From Deltaproteobacteria bacterium (GTDB lineage: Bacteria > Desulfobacterota > GWC2-55-46), in NCBI GenBank assembly GCA_016182655.1, contig JACPGB010000024.1, forward strand, positions 30,549 to 94,548: a DNA stretch of 64,000 nt, written 5' to 3'. Numbering within the stretch: the stretch's first letter is position 1; every line of letters begins with the position of its first letter. Positions 27,682 to 37,810 of the stretch are shown here, piece after piece. The position numbers and the translations under genes are program-made. The notes under the pieces are model-generated. The model saw nothing but the letters and a program-made list of their open reading frames with translations. It was not told the origin of the DNA and did not search any database.

Positions 27682-29058
27682 CTACGACGGTATGCTGAAT
27701 CCGAAGGTGATGCCGCCTTCCGTAGAGGGCTCGACCCAGACGCGTCCGCCGTGGCGCTCGACGAAGCTCTTGACGATGGACAGGCCCAGGCCCGCGCCTC
27801 CGGTCTTGATCCCGTCCTCGGTCTGGTAGAAGGCGTCGAAGATGCGCTCGGCTTCTATTGCCGAGATGCCCTTGCCGTCGTCGGTGACGGTGACCGAGAG
27901 AGTGGCGCCGGTGAAGGCGGTAGAGAGCCTCACTTCGCTCGCCGCGTGCTTGAAGGCGTTTGAAAGGATGTTGTATATGATCCTCTGGAGCTTGTCCTCG
28001 TCGGCCTCGACGACACGCTCGGGCACAGAGTCCTCGCTGTACGGAGAGCCGTTAAGGATAAGCTTTTTCCCCGACGACTGGAACGGCAGGACCGCGTCCT
28101 TAAGCACCTTCGAGAAAGAGACTTTTGCCTTCTTTAGTATCAAAACCCCGCTCTCCGCGCGGGAAAAATCCAGTATGTCGGATGTCATGGACGAGAGCTT
28201 CTGCGCGCCGGAGATGAGCACCTCGAACCGCTTCCTGTGCTTGTCGGTGAGCGCGTCCCCGAGCTGGAGAAGGAGGAGCTCGGACGAGGTCATGATCGAG
28301 GTCAACGGCCCCCGCATGTCGTGGACGATGTGGTCTATGTACATCCTGTTAAGGCGCTCGTGCTCCTTCTGCCTCGTCATGTTGAAAGCTATGCCGAGGA
28401 AGTTCCTTATCTCGCCGGAGTCGTCCTTTATGGCGTTTATCGAGAGGAGCACCGGGACTTCCTTGCCGTCCCTGGTGAGGTTTATTATCTCGCCCCGCCA
28501 AAAGCCCTTCGCCGGGTCGAGTATGTCCTTCCACATCCTCTCGTAGAGCGCCTTGCTTGAGTGTCGGGACTTCAAGAGCCTCGGGTTCTTCCCGAGGACC
28601 TCCTCCCTCGCATATCCGTAGGTGTCGAGGAAGGACTGGTTGACGTCCATGATGTTCCCGGCCTTGTCGGTAACGGCGACCGCGTCGTTGGCGAACCTGA
28701 ATATCCTCTGGAACTCCTCGGAGAGTATGCCCGGGACCTCTGTGGTCTTCGCGGTGCTTACCAATACCAGGAAGGCGTAGAGCGTGTTCACGCGGTCCTT
28801 CAAGGGGTAGACGGAGAGGTACGCGTCGACGGGATCCGCGTCCTTGCGTCTTAAGGAGGCCGTAGCCCCTTTCACGGAGCCGGACGACCTGGCGGCGTCG
28901 ATGAGTTCGGTTATCGCCACTCCGGAGGCGGCGAAGACGGTGAGCGATTTCCCCGAGAGCTCGTCCTCTGAAAAGCCGAGCAACTCTCTCACACCCTCGC
29001 TCGAACGGATAACGATGCCGTCAGGGTTTATGCTTAGATTGCCTTTTTTATCAGTCAT
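27682..29058 (-). CDS. PAS-PAS sensor histidine kinase
   Basis: GKNPRLLKS PAS; HDMRGPLTSI H-box; NILSNAFKH, DDGKGI, GAGLGLSI. Confidence 0.92.
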   Translation of the reverse strand: MTDKKGNLSINPDGIVIRSSEGVRELLGFSEDELSGKSLTVFAASGVAITELIDAARSSGSVKGATASLRRKDADPVDAYLSVYPLKDRVNTLYAFLVLVSTAKTTEVPGILSEEFQRIFRFANDAVAVTDKAGNIMDVNQSFLDTYGYAREEVLGKNPRLLKSRHSSKALYERMWKDILDPAKGFWRGEIINLTRDGKEVPVLLSINAIKDDSGEIRNFLGIAFNMTRQKEHERLNRMYIDHIVHDMRGPLTSIMTSSELLLLQLGDALTDKHRKRFEVLISGAQKLSSMTSDILDFSRAESGVLILKKAKVSFSKVLKDAVLPFQSSGKKLILNGSPYSEDSVPERVVEADEDKLQRIIYNILSNAFKHAASEVRLSTAFTGATLSVTVTDDGKGISAIEAERIFDAFYQTEDGIKTGGAGLGLSIVKSFVERHGGRVWVEPSTEGGITFGFSIPS

Positions 29059-29271
29059 GTCGCAAGGGGCTTACAACAGATATACCCTGAAGACGGTATC
29101 CTCACGAGGTAAGTAGCTCTTTTTTATACTATTTCCAGGCTTTTTTTTCAACAACTTTGATGGGAGGATGCCCGGGGCGATGCGGCCACGCTGTTTTTTT
29201 GCGGTATTAGGCCATGAACAGGATTCACGGTGCAGTTGATTTCATTTACATAAACCGGCAAAAAAACATCC

Positions 29272-30447
29272 TTAAATGACATCCTTCAGAAACGACCTGC
29301 CTTTCGAGGCGCCGCCACCCGCTCCGAAGACCTCGGCAAGCGTTGCGCCGAGGTCCGCGAACGACCCTCTTGTCCCGAGGTTCACGCCTTTTTTAAGCCC
29401 CTTTCCATAGACGAGCAGCGGGACATGCTCCCTGGAATGGTCGGTCGAAGGGGTCGTGGGGTCGCACCCGTGGTCGGCGGTCAGGACGAGCATGTCCCCT
29501 TCGTCAAAAAGCGCGGTCAGCTCGGGTATCCTCTTATCGATCGTCGAAAGGGCCTTCGCATATCCGGCCGTATCGTTCCTGTGGCCGTAGAGGGTGTCGA
29601 AGTCGACGAGGTTCGTGAATACCACCCCCTCGTTATAATGTCTCAGCGCTTCGATAGTCCTGTCCATGCCGTCCGTATCGCTTACCGTGCGTATCTCTTC
29701 GGTAAGGCCCCTGTGGACGAAGATGTCCCCCACCTTCCCGACGCCTACGACGGGCAGCCCCTTTTTCTTAATCCTCTCGATCACGAGCTCTCCGGGCGGC
29801 TCGACGGGCCAGTCCTTTCTCCTCGTGGTCCTCTTGAACGAGCCGGGACGCCCGAGAAAAGGTCTCGCTATGACGCGACTTATGCCGTACTCGTCCATCA
29901 ACTCCCTCGTCTTCCGGCATACCCTGTAGAGCTCTTCTATCGGCACGAGCTCTTCGTGCGCGGCTATCTGGAAGACGCTGTCGGCCGATGTGTAGACGAT
30001 GAGGCGGCCGGTCCTGAGGTGCTCCTCCCCGAGCTCGTCCAATATGCCGGTGCCGGAGGCGGGCTTTCCGCCGAGCCAGCCGTAGCCGGTCTCCTGAACG
30101 AACCGCTCCATCATCTCTGGAGGGAAGCCGTTGGGATAAGTCGGGAAGGGCTTCTCCAGCGTGACCCCGCACATCTCCCAGTGGCCTGTCGCGGTGTCCT
30201 TGCCCGGAGAGACCTCGCGCATCCTGCCGTATGAGGCGATGGGGCTTGCCGTCTTCCTTATGTGGTCAACGCCTTCTATCAAGCCAAGTCCGAAGGAGGA
30301 GAGGTTCTCGATATCGAGCCCTCCGGCCGCCTTAGAGAGGTTTACGAGCGTGTTCGACCCTTTGTCTCCGTAGTCGGCGGCATCCGGCAACTCCCCGCAC
30401 CCGAGCCCGTCGAAGACGATGATGACTACCCTTTTTATCCTGCCCAT
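29272..30447 (-). CDS. deoB: Phosphopentomutase
   Basis: DG.G.GELPDA, GKDTATGHWE, YTSADSVFQIAAHE, DFDTLYGHRND, TADHGCDPT. Confidence 0.95.
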   Translation of the reverse strand: MGRIKRVVIIVFDGLGCGELPDAADYGDKGSNTLVNLSKAAGGLDIENLSSFGLGLIEGVDHIRKTASPIASYGRMREVSPGKDTATGHWEMCGVTLEKPFPTYPNGFPPEMMERFVQETGYGWLGGKPASGTGILDELGEEHLRTGRLIVYTSADSVFQIAAHEELVPIEELYRVCRKTRELMDEYGISRVIARPFLGRPGSFKRTTRRKDWPVEPPGELVIERIKKKGLPVVGVGKVGDIFVHRGLTEEIRTVSDTDGMDRTIEALRHYNEGVVFTNLVDFDTLYGHRNDTAGYAKALSTIDKRIPELTALFDEGDMLVLTADHGCDPTTPSTDHSREHVPLLVYGKGLKKGVNLGTRGSFADLGATLAEVFGAGGGASKGRSFLKDVI

Positions 30448-30461
30448 TGGATCTAAGTCCC

Positions 30462-31247
30462 TTACCTTAAGCTATAGCCGCGCGGCGTGATGATGCGCCC
30501 GGATCTCACATACGAGCTCGAGTTCCCGACTATGAGTATGGTGAGCATGTCGATTGCGGCGTAATGCGCGCCCACTTCTCCCAGTGTCGTCACAGCCGTG
30601 GCTTCATTGTCACGGGTCGCGTTTTTCACTATCCCCACCGGCGTCGCCTTTGACCTGTGCTTAAGCATGATATCGACGGCCTTTGAAAGCCCCTCGACCC
30701 TCTTCGAGGACTTGGGGTTGTAGAGGACTATGACGAAGTCGGCCTTTGCCGCGGCCTCCACGCGCTCTTCAATAAGCGCCCAGTCGGTCAAAAGGTCGGA
30801 TAGCGAGACGGAGGCGAAGTCGTGCATGAGGGGCGCGCCGAGTATGGCGGACGCCGCGGCGAACGCCGGGACCCCCGGTATCACATCGACCTTGAGGCCC
30901 GGGGACTCCGCCTCTACGAGCTCGAGGATGAGCCCGGCCATCCCGTATATGCCGGAGTCGCCTGAAGAGACGACCGCGACGGTGTCGCCTTCACGCGCGA
31001 ACTCTATCGCCTTCCTGCACCTCTCCACCTCTCCGGTCATTCCGGTGGAAAAGACAGCCTTTCCCGGGATGATCGGGAGGATGAGGTCTATGTACCTCGC
31101 GTATCCGACGACCCTGTCCGCTCCTTTAAGCGCCTCGAGGGCCTTCCCGGTAAGATGATCGAGCCCGCCGGGGCCGATGCCTACGACCGAAATGGAACCC
31201 TTGCGGCCGCGACCGTCACTCTTCCTGTCTTCTTTTTCCGTATGCAT
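30462..31247 (-). CDS. cbiH: Cobalt-precorrin-3B C17-methyltransferase
   Basis: VVGIGPG, SSGDSGIYGMAG, HDFASVSLSDLLT, YNPKS, TPRGY. Confidence 0.93.
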   Translation of the reverse strand: MHTEKEDRKSDGRGRKGSISVVGIGPGGLDHLTGKALEALKGADRVVGYARYIDLILPIIPGKAVFSTGMTGEVERCRKAIEFAREGDTVAVVSSGDSGIYGMAGLILELVEAESPGLKVDVIPGVPAFAAASAILGAPLMHDFASVSLSDLLTDWALIEERVEAAAKADFVIVLYNPKSSKRVEGLSKAVDIMLKHRSKATPVGIVKNATRDNEATAVTTLGEVGAHYAAIDMLTILIVGNSSSYVRSGRIITPRGYSLR

Positions 31248-32224
31248 AGCGTCTTTCCGCCTGATGAAATAAGGGCAGAGGGCTCGGCAACCCCTCCCGT
31301 CCCGGTCGTCTCAAGTACGAAGCGCGAGGATTTAAGCCCCTTCATCTTTCCCTCGAGTTTTTCCGCCCTGAAAAATTCTATTTCAAGCCCTAACGAGCGC
31401 GCGAAACCGATAAGCCCCTTCTCGCCCCTCTTGATGTCAATGGTCGCAACCTTCGCAATGGACGCCGTCGAGAGTCCCGCCTCTTTAAATGCCTTCTCGA
31501 CCGCCTCTTTGATCTCTTTCCTCGCTACCCCCCTGCGGCAACCGATGCCGACCGAGAGTTCCCTGGGCCTTAAGACGAGAGAGGCCCCTGGCGAGGTCTT
31601 TATAGAGGAGGTGATTAAAACGACAACGCCTTTTTTGGCGCGAGGGGCCGTCTTCCTGAAGACGAACGGCCCTTCTTTGAAAGCGGCCTTAAGCGCGGCA
31701 AGCCTTGATCCGTCGCCGTCTACAACGGTTACGCTTCCGCCTTTGAGTATCTCGGAGTTGACCCGCTTTATGCCTCTTGTATCCTCTATCGCGAAAGAAA
31801 AACCCTTGGCGATATCCTCGATGCACGGAAGGCCCTTCAAATCCGTCGCGGTCGAGACGACCGGGGTCGCGCCGATCAACCGGGCTATCTCTTTTGCGAG
31901 CGAGTTAGCGCATCCCAAATGGCCGGATAAAAGGCTTACGACGAACCTCCCGGCCTCGTCCATGAATACCACTGCCGGGTCAGTCGCCTTGTCTTTTATA
32001 AAAGGCGCTATAGTCCTTACGGCTATGCCTGAGGCCGAAATGAACAAAAGCGGCGTCCTTGTCCTCCACGCCTCTTTCGCGGCCTTTTTGAGGCCGCCGT
32101 CCTTTGATTCCAATGGGGTGAAAAGTCTCGCCCCCGGAAAGGCCTTCTTTATCATCCGCCCGAGTTTGAATCCGGCTTCCGTCACCGGGAGGATAAAAAG
32201 CCCCTGTCCTTCGCCGGTATTCAT
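31181..32224 (-). CDS. cbiG: Cobalt-precorrin-5A hydrolase
   Basis: GIAVRTIAP..DKATDPAVV, LLSGHLG, STATD, GIGCRRG, GVAEPSA. Confidence 0.93.
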   Translation of the reverse strand: MNTGEGQGLFILPVTEAGFKLGRMIKKAFPGARLFTPLESKDGGLKKAAKEAWRTRTPLLFISASGIAVRTIAPFIKDKATDPAVVFMDEAGRFVVSLLSGHLGCANSLAKEIARLIGATPVVSTATDLKGLPCIEDIAKGFSFAIEDTRGIKRVNSEILKGGSVTVVDGDGSRLAALKAAFKEGPFVFRKTAPRAKKGVVVLITSSIKTSPGASLVLRPRELSVGIGCRRGVARKEIKEAVEKAFKEAGLSTASIAKVATIDIKRGEKGLIGFARSLGLEIEFFRAEKLEGKMKGLKSSRFVLETTGTGGVAEPSALISSGGKTLCIRKKKTGRVTVAAARVPFRS

Positions 32225-32940
32225 CAGACCCTGTCAAAGCCCTTTATAAGCCCTTCGACCTTCTCTACCATGAGGTTGAAAAGTGCCTCGCCCTTCTCCT
32301 TTGTCGCCTTCTCCGGGTTGCCCCAGACCGCGCCCTTCCAGTACCTGACCTTCTCTTTCAGAATGTAGGGCCTCGGTATCTCCGGGTATTCCTCGGCGCT
32401 CCTCCCCTTGACCAATCTCGGCGCAAGGAATAGTACGAGCGAGGTCTCGGCCTCTCCGGCGTGGGAATCGTTAGGGGTCTCGATGATCTCTCTCGCGTCC
32501 TTCCCGAGTGTCTCATAGATTGACAACGCCGCCATCTTCGTATCCTCAAGCGTAGCGACGAGCGCTTCCGAGGCCTCCCGAAGCGCCGCGACATGCAACG
32601 ACCCGCCGTGGCCCGATACGAGGAGGAAGTTCCTGAAGCCGCATCTGTGTCCGCTCTTTACTATGTCGGACACTATAAGGCGTAATGCGTCAGCCGATAT
32701 TCCTATTGTCCCCGGGTGGTCGCCGGTCGAGGTACAGACCCCGTACTGGAGAGGCGGGGCCATAAAGACCCTGTCGTTCCTCTCGGCGACCTTTCTAACG
32801 ACCTCCCTTATGACGAGGGTGTCCGTATTCAACGGCAAATGGGACCCGTGGGCCTCGACGGTCCCGAGCGGGAGTATGAGGGTATTCGCCCTCCTTACCG
32901 CCTTTTTCAAATCCGTCATCGTCGTCTCGCCGAGTATCAT
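32224..32940 (-). CDS. Creatininase/MftE-family metallo-amidohydrolase
   Basis: Start MILGETT (SD GGAGG); PLGTVEAHGSHLPLNTD, HPGTI, GHGG, HAGEAETS. Confidence 0.9.
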   Translation of the reverse strand: MILGETTMTDLKKAVRRANTLILPLGTVEAHGSHLPLNTDTLVIREVVRKVAERNDRVFMAPPLQYGVCTSTGDHPGTIGISADALRLIVSDIVKSGHRCGFRNFLLVSGHGGSLHVAALREASEALVATLEDTKMAALSIYETLGKDAREIIETPNDSHAGEAETSLVLFLAPRLVKGRSAEEYPEIPRPYILKEKVRYWKGAVWGNPEKATKEKGEALFNLMVEKVEGLIKGFDRV

Positions 32941-33323
32941 ATCCGCCTCCTCGAGGATTGTCCCATGAACGAAAGAAAACGGTTGAATATGATAGCGCCG
33001 ATGATGCCTCCCGCGCCGTTGACCATCCCGTCTATAATATCGGAGTTCCTCTCCGGCACGAAGGACTGGAGGACCTCGATCGCCGCCCCGAATAGAAATG
33101 CGAAGGAGCCTGCAAGGAGGACCGCACGCGAGCTCTTGATACCCTCTCCCCCCCTCATGGCCCGTACCCATAGCCCGCCCATGATCGCGTACGCTCCGAG
33201 ATGATAGACCTTGTCTATCTCCCATATCTCCGGCAGTTCCTCGGGCATGGGGGTAAGCGAGCCCCATACTATAAAAGCCAGGTACAGGACGAGCGGCCCC
33301 CAGTATTTAATGATGCGCTTCAT
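32937..33323 (-). CDS. VanZ-family membrane protein
   Basis: DKVYHLGAY, IEVLQSFVPER...D...N. Confidence 0.85.
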   Translation of the reverse strand: MKRIIKYWGPLVLYLAFIVWGSLTPMPEELPEIWEIDKVYHLGAYAIMGGLWVRAMRGGEGIKSSRAVLLAGSFAFLFGAAIEVLQSFVPERNSDIIDGMVNGAGGIIGAIIFNRFLSFMGQSSRRRI

Positions 33324-34078
33324 CCCCTGTAGCCGTGGCTGAAGCCCTTGTCATAGAGGAGAGAGGCCTGGGTCTCGTCCCCTATCGCCCTGCCGACTAT
33401 AATGAGCGCGTGCCTGGTGATACCCGCCGCCTTGACTTTCCCGGCTATATCCGAGAGCGTCCCCTTGACGACCTTTTCGTCCTCCCAGGAGGCCTTGTAG
33501 ACGCAGGCCGCCGGGGTGTCCGCCGGATAGCCCTTCGATAACTCTTCGACCACCTTCTCGATCATCGAGGCGCTCAAAAATACGCATATCGTCGCGCGGT
33601 GCGAGGCAAGGGCGGCGAGGCCCTCTGCCTCGGGCACAGGCGTCCTCCCTTCGAGCCTCGTGAATATCACGGTCTGGGTGACGCCCGGCATCGTAAGCTC
33701 TCTTTTGAGTGTCGCCGCCGAGGCGAACGCGGAAGATACGCCTGGTACGACCCTGTAAGGGATGCCTTCTTTCTCAAGGAGGTCGGCCTGCTCCCGGAGC
33801 GCGCTATAGAGAGACGGGTCTCCTGTGTGGAGCCTTACGACCTTTTTGCCGGCTTTCGCGGCCCTGATCATTACGCCAGTTATCTCTTCAAGATCCATCG
33901 AGGCGCTGTTAAGCACCTCCGCCTCTTTCCGGCTGTATTCGATGACCTTCTCGTCGAGCAAGGACCCTGTATAGACGACGAGGTCCGCTTCTTTAAGAAG
34001 CCTCAATCCCTTTACGGTTATAAGCTCCGGGTCCCCGGGGCCGCCTCCGACAAAATGTATGGTAGTCGCCTCGCTCAC
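33320..34078 (-). CDS. cbiF: Cobalt-precorrin-4 C11-methyltransferase
   Basis: GPGDPELITVKG, RLHTGDPSLY, ELTMPGVTQTVI, LYDKGFSHGYR. Confidence 0.94.
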   Translation of the reverse strand: MSEATTIHFVGGGPGDPELITVKGLRLLKEADLVVYTGSLLDEKVIEYSRKEAEVLNSASMDLEEITGVMIRAAKAGKKVVRLHTGDPSLYSALREQADLLEKEGIPYRVVPGVSSAFASAATLKRELTMPGVTQTVIFTRLEGRTPVPEAEGLAALASHRATICVFLSASMIEKVVEELSKGYPADTPAACVYKASWEDEKVVKGTLSDIAGKVKAAGITRHALIIVGRAIGDETQASLLYDKGFSHGYRG

Positions 34079-34791
34079 GCCTTGCCCTTCCTTAAGATGA
34101 CCATCGAAAAATACCCCGCCTTCCTGCCCTTGAGCTTGCCTATGCCGCGAACGACCTCTTCGTCCTTCCAGCCGACGCGGGAGGCAAAGACGGATGAGTC
34201 CGCGACCCCTAACTCAAGCGCGAGGTCGATTATCTTATCCAAAAATCTCCCCGCCTTCATGAGGACGACTGAACCGGACTCATCTAACATTTTTTTTATC
34301 TCTTCAACGCCCGTCGAGGCAGGCATGATCATGACCCGCTCGTCCGATTCCGCAAGCGGGGCAAGGGCAACGGAGGCCGCCGCGGAAAACGACGTCACAC
34401 CGGGTATAGACCTCACCTCCGCACCCGCCTCTTTTACGAGCGGCACGAGGTAGCTGAATGTCGAGTAAAGCATCGGATCGCCGAGGGTGATGAAGGCGAC
34501 ATCCTTGCCTTGTTTAAGTCTTTCAATGATAGAGGCCGCGGCATCTTTCCGCGCCTCTTCAAGCGCATCCGCGTCCTTTGTCATTGGGAAGAGGAGCTCC
34601 AGCGGCTCATTGCCCTCGACCCCCGCGGCCCTGACTATCGAGAACGCCTTGCTCTCGTTCTCTGAAGCCGTCTCAGAGGACTTCGGGTACGCGAGCACCG
34701 TTGCCCCTTTCAGGACCCTCAATGCCTTGAGCGTCAAGAGCTCCGGGTCCCCGGGGCCGACACCTATGCCGTAGAGCATGCCTGTCTTCAT
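34075..34791 (-). CDS. cbiL: Cobalt-precorrin-2 C20-methyltransferase
   Basis: Start MKTGMLYG; GVGPGDPELLTLKA, FPMTKD, TLGDPMLYSTF. Confidence 0.92.
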   Translation of the reverse strand: MKTGMLYGIGVGPGDPELLTLKALRVLKGATVLAYPKSSETASENESKAFSIVRAAGVEGNEPLELLFPMTKDADALEEARKDAAASIIERLKQGKDVAFITLGDPMLYSTFSYLVPLVKEAGAEVRSIPGVTSFSAAASVALAPLAESDERVMIMPASTGVEEIKKMLDESGSVVLMKAGRFLDKIIDLALELGVADSSVFASRVGWKDEEVVRGIGKLKGRKAGYFSMVILRKGKA

Positions 34792-35996
34792 GTTTTTTTT
34801 CCTGTGATGATGAATACCGGATTCATGGCCGAGAGCATCGTGAGGCCTGATAAGTCCCGCGACTTCGCAATCGAGACCTGTATGAGCTCGGCATCCCACT
34901 TTTTCGATTTAAAGAACGCGGTAGCGACAGAGGCCGTCTCCATGGTCACCGCGTTCACCACACACCTTCCGCCGGGGAGGAGCCTCTTCGATACATGGGA
35001 GAGTATCCTCATTATGTCTCTGCCGCCACCGCCGACAAATACCGAGCCGGGCCTTTCCTTTATGATAGAGAGGGACTCCGGTGCTCGGCCCTGTATGACC
35101 TCGACATTATCCGCGCCGAACCTCTTCCTGTTCGCCACGATGTCCTTTACCCTCTTCGGGTCTTTCTCAACCGCGTATACGATACCCGCGCCCGAGAGCG
35201 CCGCCTCTATCGCGACAGACCCGGTACACGCGCCTATGTCCCAGACGACCGAGCCTTTTTTGACCCTGAGCTTGGAGAGGCTTATGACGCGGATCTCTTC
35301 TTTTGTTATCATCGCGCCTTCGTGCGCGAATTCGTTATCGCTTATCCCGGGCCCGTACGATTTTTGAACGGACTGACTGCCGATGAGTATCATCACATTC
35401 AGGTCCGCGAACTTTTTTACGCTTGCGATATCAGGGAGCCCGCCCTCTATCACTCGCTCGTCCTTAGCGCCTATCGATTCGACGACAAAGGCCCTTAAGC
35501 CCCTCGCGCCCTTGCCTATCAATGCCTTCGCGATAGTCGCCGGGGTATTGACCCCGTCCGTAAAGAGGGCCGTCTTGTCGTTTCTGAGTATTTCGTCAAC
35601 AAGGGCTTCAAGACCGCCCCTGCCGTGCGCGCTCAACACCTTTACCCCGTTCGAGTCCTCCTTAACACGCGCGAACGCCTCCTGCACGGTGCTGACATTG
35701 GGAATGATGTTCACGCGCCTTTTGCCGAACCGTTTTATGATAAAGGACGCTATGCCGTAGAGGAGCGGGTCGCCTGTGGCCAGGACCACGGCGTCCTCGT
35801 CCTTTTTTAATTTCTCGATCCTCGCCGCGATGCGCTCCAGCCCGCCCTGTACCGGGACCTTCTCGGCCTTTGCGTCGGGGAACTCTTCAAGGTGTCGTTT
35901 CCCCCCAATGATAAGCGCGGCCTTTCCGACGAGCGAGAGCGCGTCTTGACCGAGCGACTCCCTGCCCTTTACGCCTATGCCTATCACGTGTATCAT
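34788..35996 (-). CDS. cbiET: Bifunctional CbiE-CbiT (CobL-like) methyltransferase/decarboxylase
   Basis: ATGDPLLYGI, SAHGR, ITKEEIR, WDIGACTGSV. Confidence 0.92.
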   Translation of the reverse strand: MIHVIGIGVKGRESLGQDALSLVGKAALIIGGKRHLEEFPDAKAEKVPVQGGLERIAARIEKLKKDEDAVVLATGDPLLYGIASFIIKRFGKRRVNIIPNVSTVQEAFARVKEDSNGVKVLSAHGRGGLEALVDEILRNDKTALFTDGVNTPATIAKALIGKGARGLRAFVVESIGAKDERVIEGGLPDIASVKKFADLNVMILIGSQSVQKSYGPGISDNEFAHEGAMITKEEIRVISLSKLRVKKGSVVWDIGACTGSVAIEAALSGAGIVYAVEKDPKRVKDIVANRKRFGADNVEVIQGRAPESLSIIKERPGSVFVGGGGRDIMRILSHVSKRLLPGGRCVVNAVTMETASVATAFFKSKKWDAELIQVSIAKSRDLSGLTMLSAMNPVFIITGKKT

Positions 35997-37099
35997 CCGT
36001 CAATACCTGAAGAGAAAATCGCGTTATCGTACCCGGCGAGCATGGCGCGGACTGTAGTCCTGCCCTTGAAAAACCCTGCCGAGTTCTCCTTTACGAGCCT
36101 CACCACCTCTTTTATTACCCTGTCCAGCCCCTCTTCCCTCAATATGAAGTAGACCTCTCTCGCGGTGTTAGCCTTGAGTATCTTTTTTATAATATCTTCT
36201 CCCGCGCCATTTCGCCTCGCAACTTTTGAGAGGAAGCCGAAGTCGACGCTTGAGTCCGAACAGTGCGTCTCGAAGTTGCCTGCCGAGAGCTTCGTGAATT
36301 TTCCGAACTGCCCGGCGACTACCACCTTCTCTATCCCTTTTTTGCCCGAGGCGTAGCAAAGGGCCGAGCCCATGTGGTCGCCGGTGAGTATGTACGAGAC
36401 TTCGGGGAGCTTAAGGAGCTTTTCCGCCGCCTTCTCGCTCGACCTGCCGGTCGAGAAGACGACCTCTTTAAGGCCGCCCGCCACAGCCACATCGACCCCG
36501 CAGTATATCGAATGCGTAAACGCGGCGAGCGACATCGGCTCGACTATCCCGGTCGTCCCGAGTATCGAGATGCCTCCGACTATCCCGAGCCTCGGGTTCA
36601 TCGTCTTTTCGGCGAGCCGAGAGCCCTTGGGGACAGTTACGGTCACGCGGACCGAAGGGGAGACGCCAACCCTCTCCATCTCCTCCTTTACGGCGCGCCT
36701 TATCATCTTAAGCGGCACCGGGTTTATGGCCGGTCTCCCGGCCCTTATCTTCAGCCCCGGCTTTGTTACCGTGCCGACGCCTTCGCCGCCTTTTATAACG
36801 ATCCGCCCCGCGCTCCCGGTTATCCTTACTTCGGTTATGAACTCGGCCTTGTTCGTGACGTCCGGGTCGTCGCCCGCGTCTTTTATGACAGACGCCCTCG
36901 CTGAACCTTCCTCCACGAGGACCCGGTTTATGGGCACCTTCAGTTCTCCGCCACGGGGGAGCGAGACAAAAACGGAGCGCGCCGCCTTTGCCCTTTTGCC
37001 GAGCGTGGAGCCAAAAAGCGCATGTGCCGCTGCCTTTGCTCCGGCAGCGGCACATGTGCCTGTCGTAAAACCCTTTCTCAACGCCTTTTGAGCCTTCAT
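35993..37099 (-). CDS. cbiD: Cobalt-precorrin-5B C1-methyltransferase
   Basis: GFTTGTCAAA, KDAGDDPDVT, NPRLGIVGGISILGTTGIV. Confidence 0.95.
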   Translation of the reverse strand: MKAQKALRKGFTTGTCAAAGAKAAAHALFGSTLGKRAKAARSVFVSLPRGGELKVPINRVLVEEGSARASVIKDAGDDPDVTNKAEFITEVRITGSAGRIVIKGGEGVGTVTKPGLKIRAGRPAINPVPLKMIRRAVKEEMERVGVSPSVRVTVTVPKGSRLAEKTMNPRLGIVGGISILGTTGIVEPMSLAAFTHSIYCGVDVAVAGGLKEVVFSTGRSSEKAAEKLLKLPEVSYILTGDHMGSALCYASGKKGIEKVVVAGQFGKFTKLSAGNFETHCSDSSVDFGFLSKVARRNGAGEDIIKKILKANTAREVYFILREEGLDRVIKEVVRLVKENSAGFFKGRTTVRAMLAGYDNAIFSSGIDG

Positions 37100-37540
37100 T
37101 TACGCCTTCAGTGCCTTGCCGTTCTCCCCGGCCGTCCCCTTCCAGAACGACCACACCCCGGCTATCATAGCGCCGAGCAACGCCGAGAGCGACAGCCCCT
37201 GTAACGCCTCGGGCGTGAGCACATGGTACCTCTCGGGCTCTATCGTTGATAACATTGCGCCCCCGACGCGAAGGATGAGCCAGATGAGGGTCGAGGTGAA
37301 TATCGACCTGGCAAATATGTTCCTGAACGGTATCATACCTCCGCCCGCGCCGATGATCCCGCCCGCCACGACCCCGAAAAGTCCGCCCCCGAGCGCGAAC
37401 GATACCGTATCATGGAGGAGCCCGGTCTCGGGCGTAAATACGCCTGTGGCCGAGTTCACTGCCATCGACACGAACCCCCAGAGGACGCCGCCGACTGCCC
37501 CGGCGATTATCCCGTCCTTAAAGCCGAACGTCAGTGGCAT
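37100..37540 (-). CDS. Hypothetical 4-TM membrane protein coupled to cbtB
   Basis: Hydrophobic helices; start overlaps the cbtB end and stop abuts the cbiD start. Confidence 0.7.
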   Translation of the reverse strand: MPLTFGFKDGIIAGAVGGVLWGFVSMAVNSATGVFTPETGLLHDTVSFALGGGLFGVVAGGIIGAGGGMIPFRNIFARSIFTSTLIWLILRVGGAMLSTIEPERYHVLTPEALQGLSLSALLGAMIAGVWSFWKGTAGENGKALKA

Positions 37541-37704
37541 GGCATGCCTATCACGTGCCTGAAGTCGTGGAACGCGTCATGCACGCCGGGCGCGACCGAC
37601 TCCATCCCGAACGCGACGACTACCATCGCGCACGCTATCAGGACCAGCGCCGCGGCGCCTATAAGCATCCATCCCGTATTCTCTCTCCCGAGTATCCTTT
37701 CCAT
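37531..37704 (-). CDS. cbtB: CbtB cobalt-transporter small subunit (57 aa)
   Basis: Not in the ORF track; TAAGGAGG SD; one TM then VHDAFHDFRHVIGMPCH. Confidence 0.88.
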   Translation of the reverse strand: MERILGRENTGWMLIGAAALVLIACAMVVVAFGMESVAPGVHDAFHDFRHVIGMPCH

Positions 37705-37777
37705 TCCCGCAACCTCCTTATATAGTATTCAACACCCGATAGACGAATCCGTTGAGGCCTTTTGCGAGGCCCCAACG

Positions 37778-37806
37778 ATTATACCCGAAAAAACTTTTTT
37801 TGATAA
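37778..37806 (-). promoter_or_regulatory. Putative internal promoter for cbtB-cbiD...
   Basis: TTATCA-17 nt-TATAAT. Confidence 0.5.
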
Positions 37807-37810
37807 CCAG

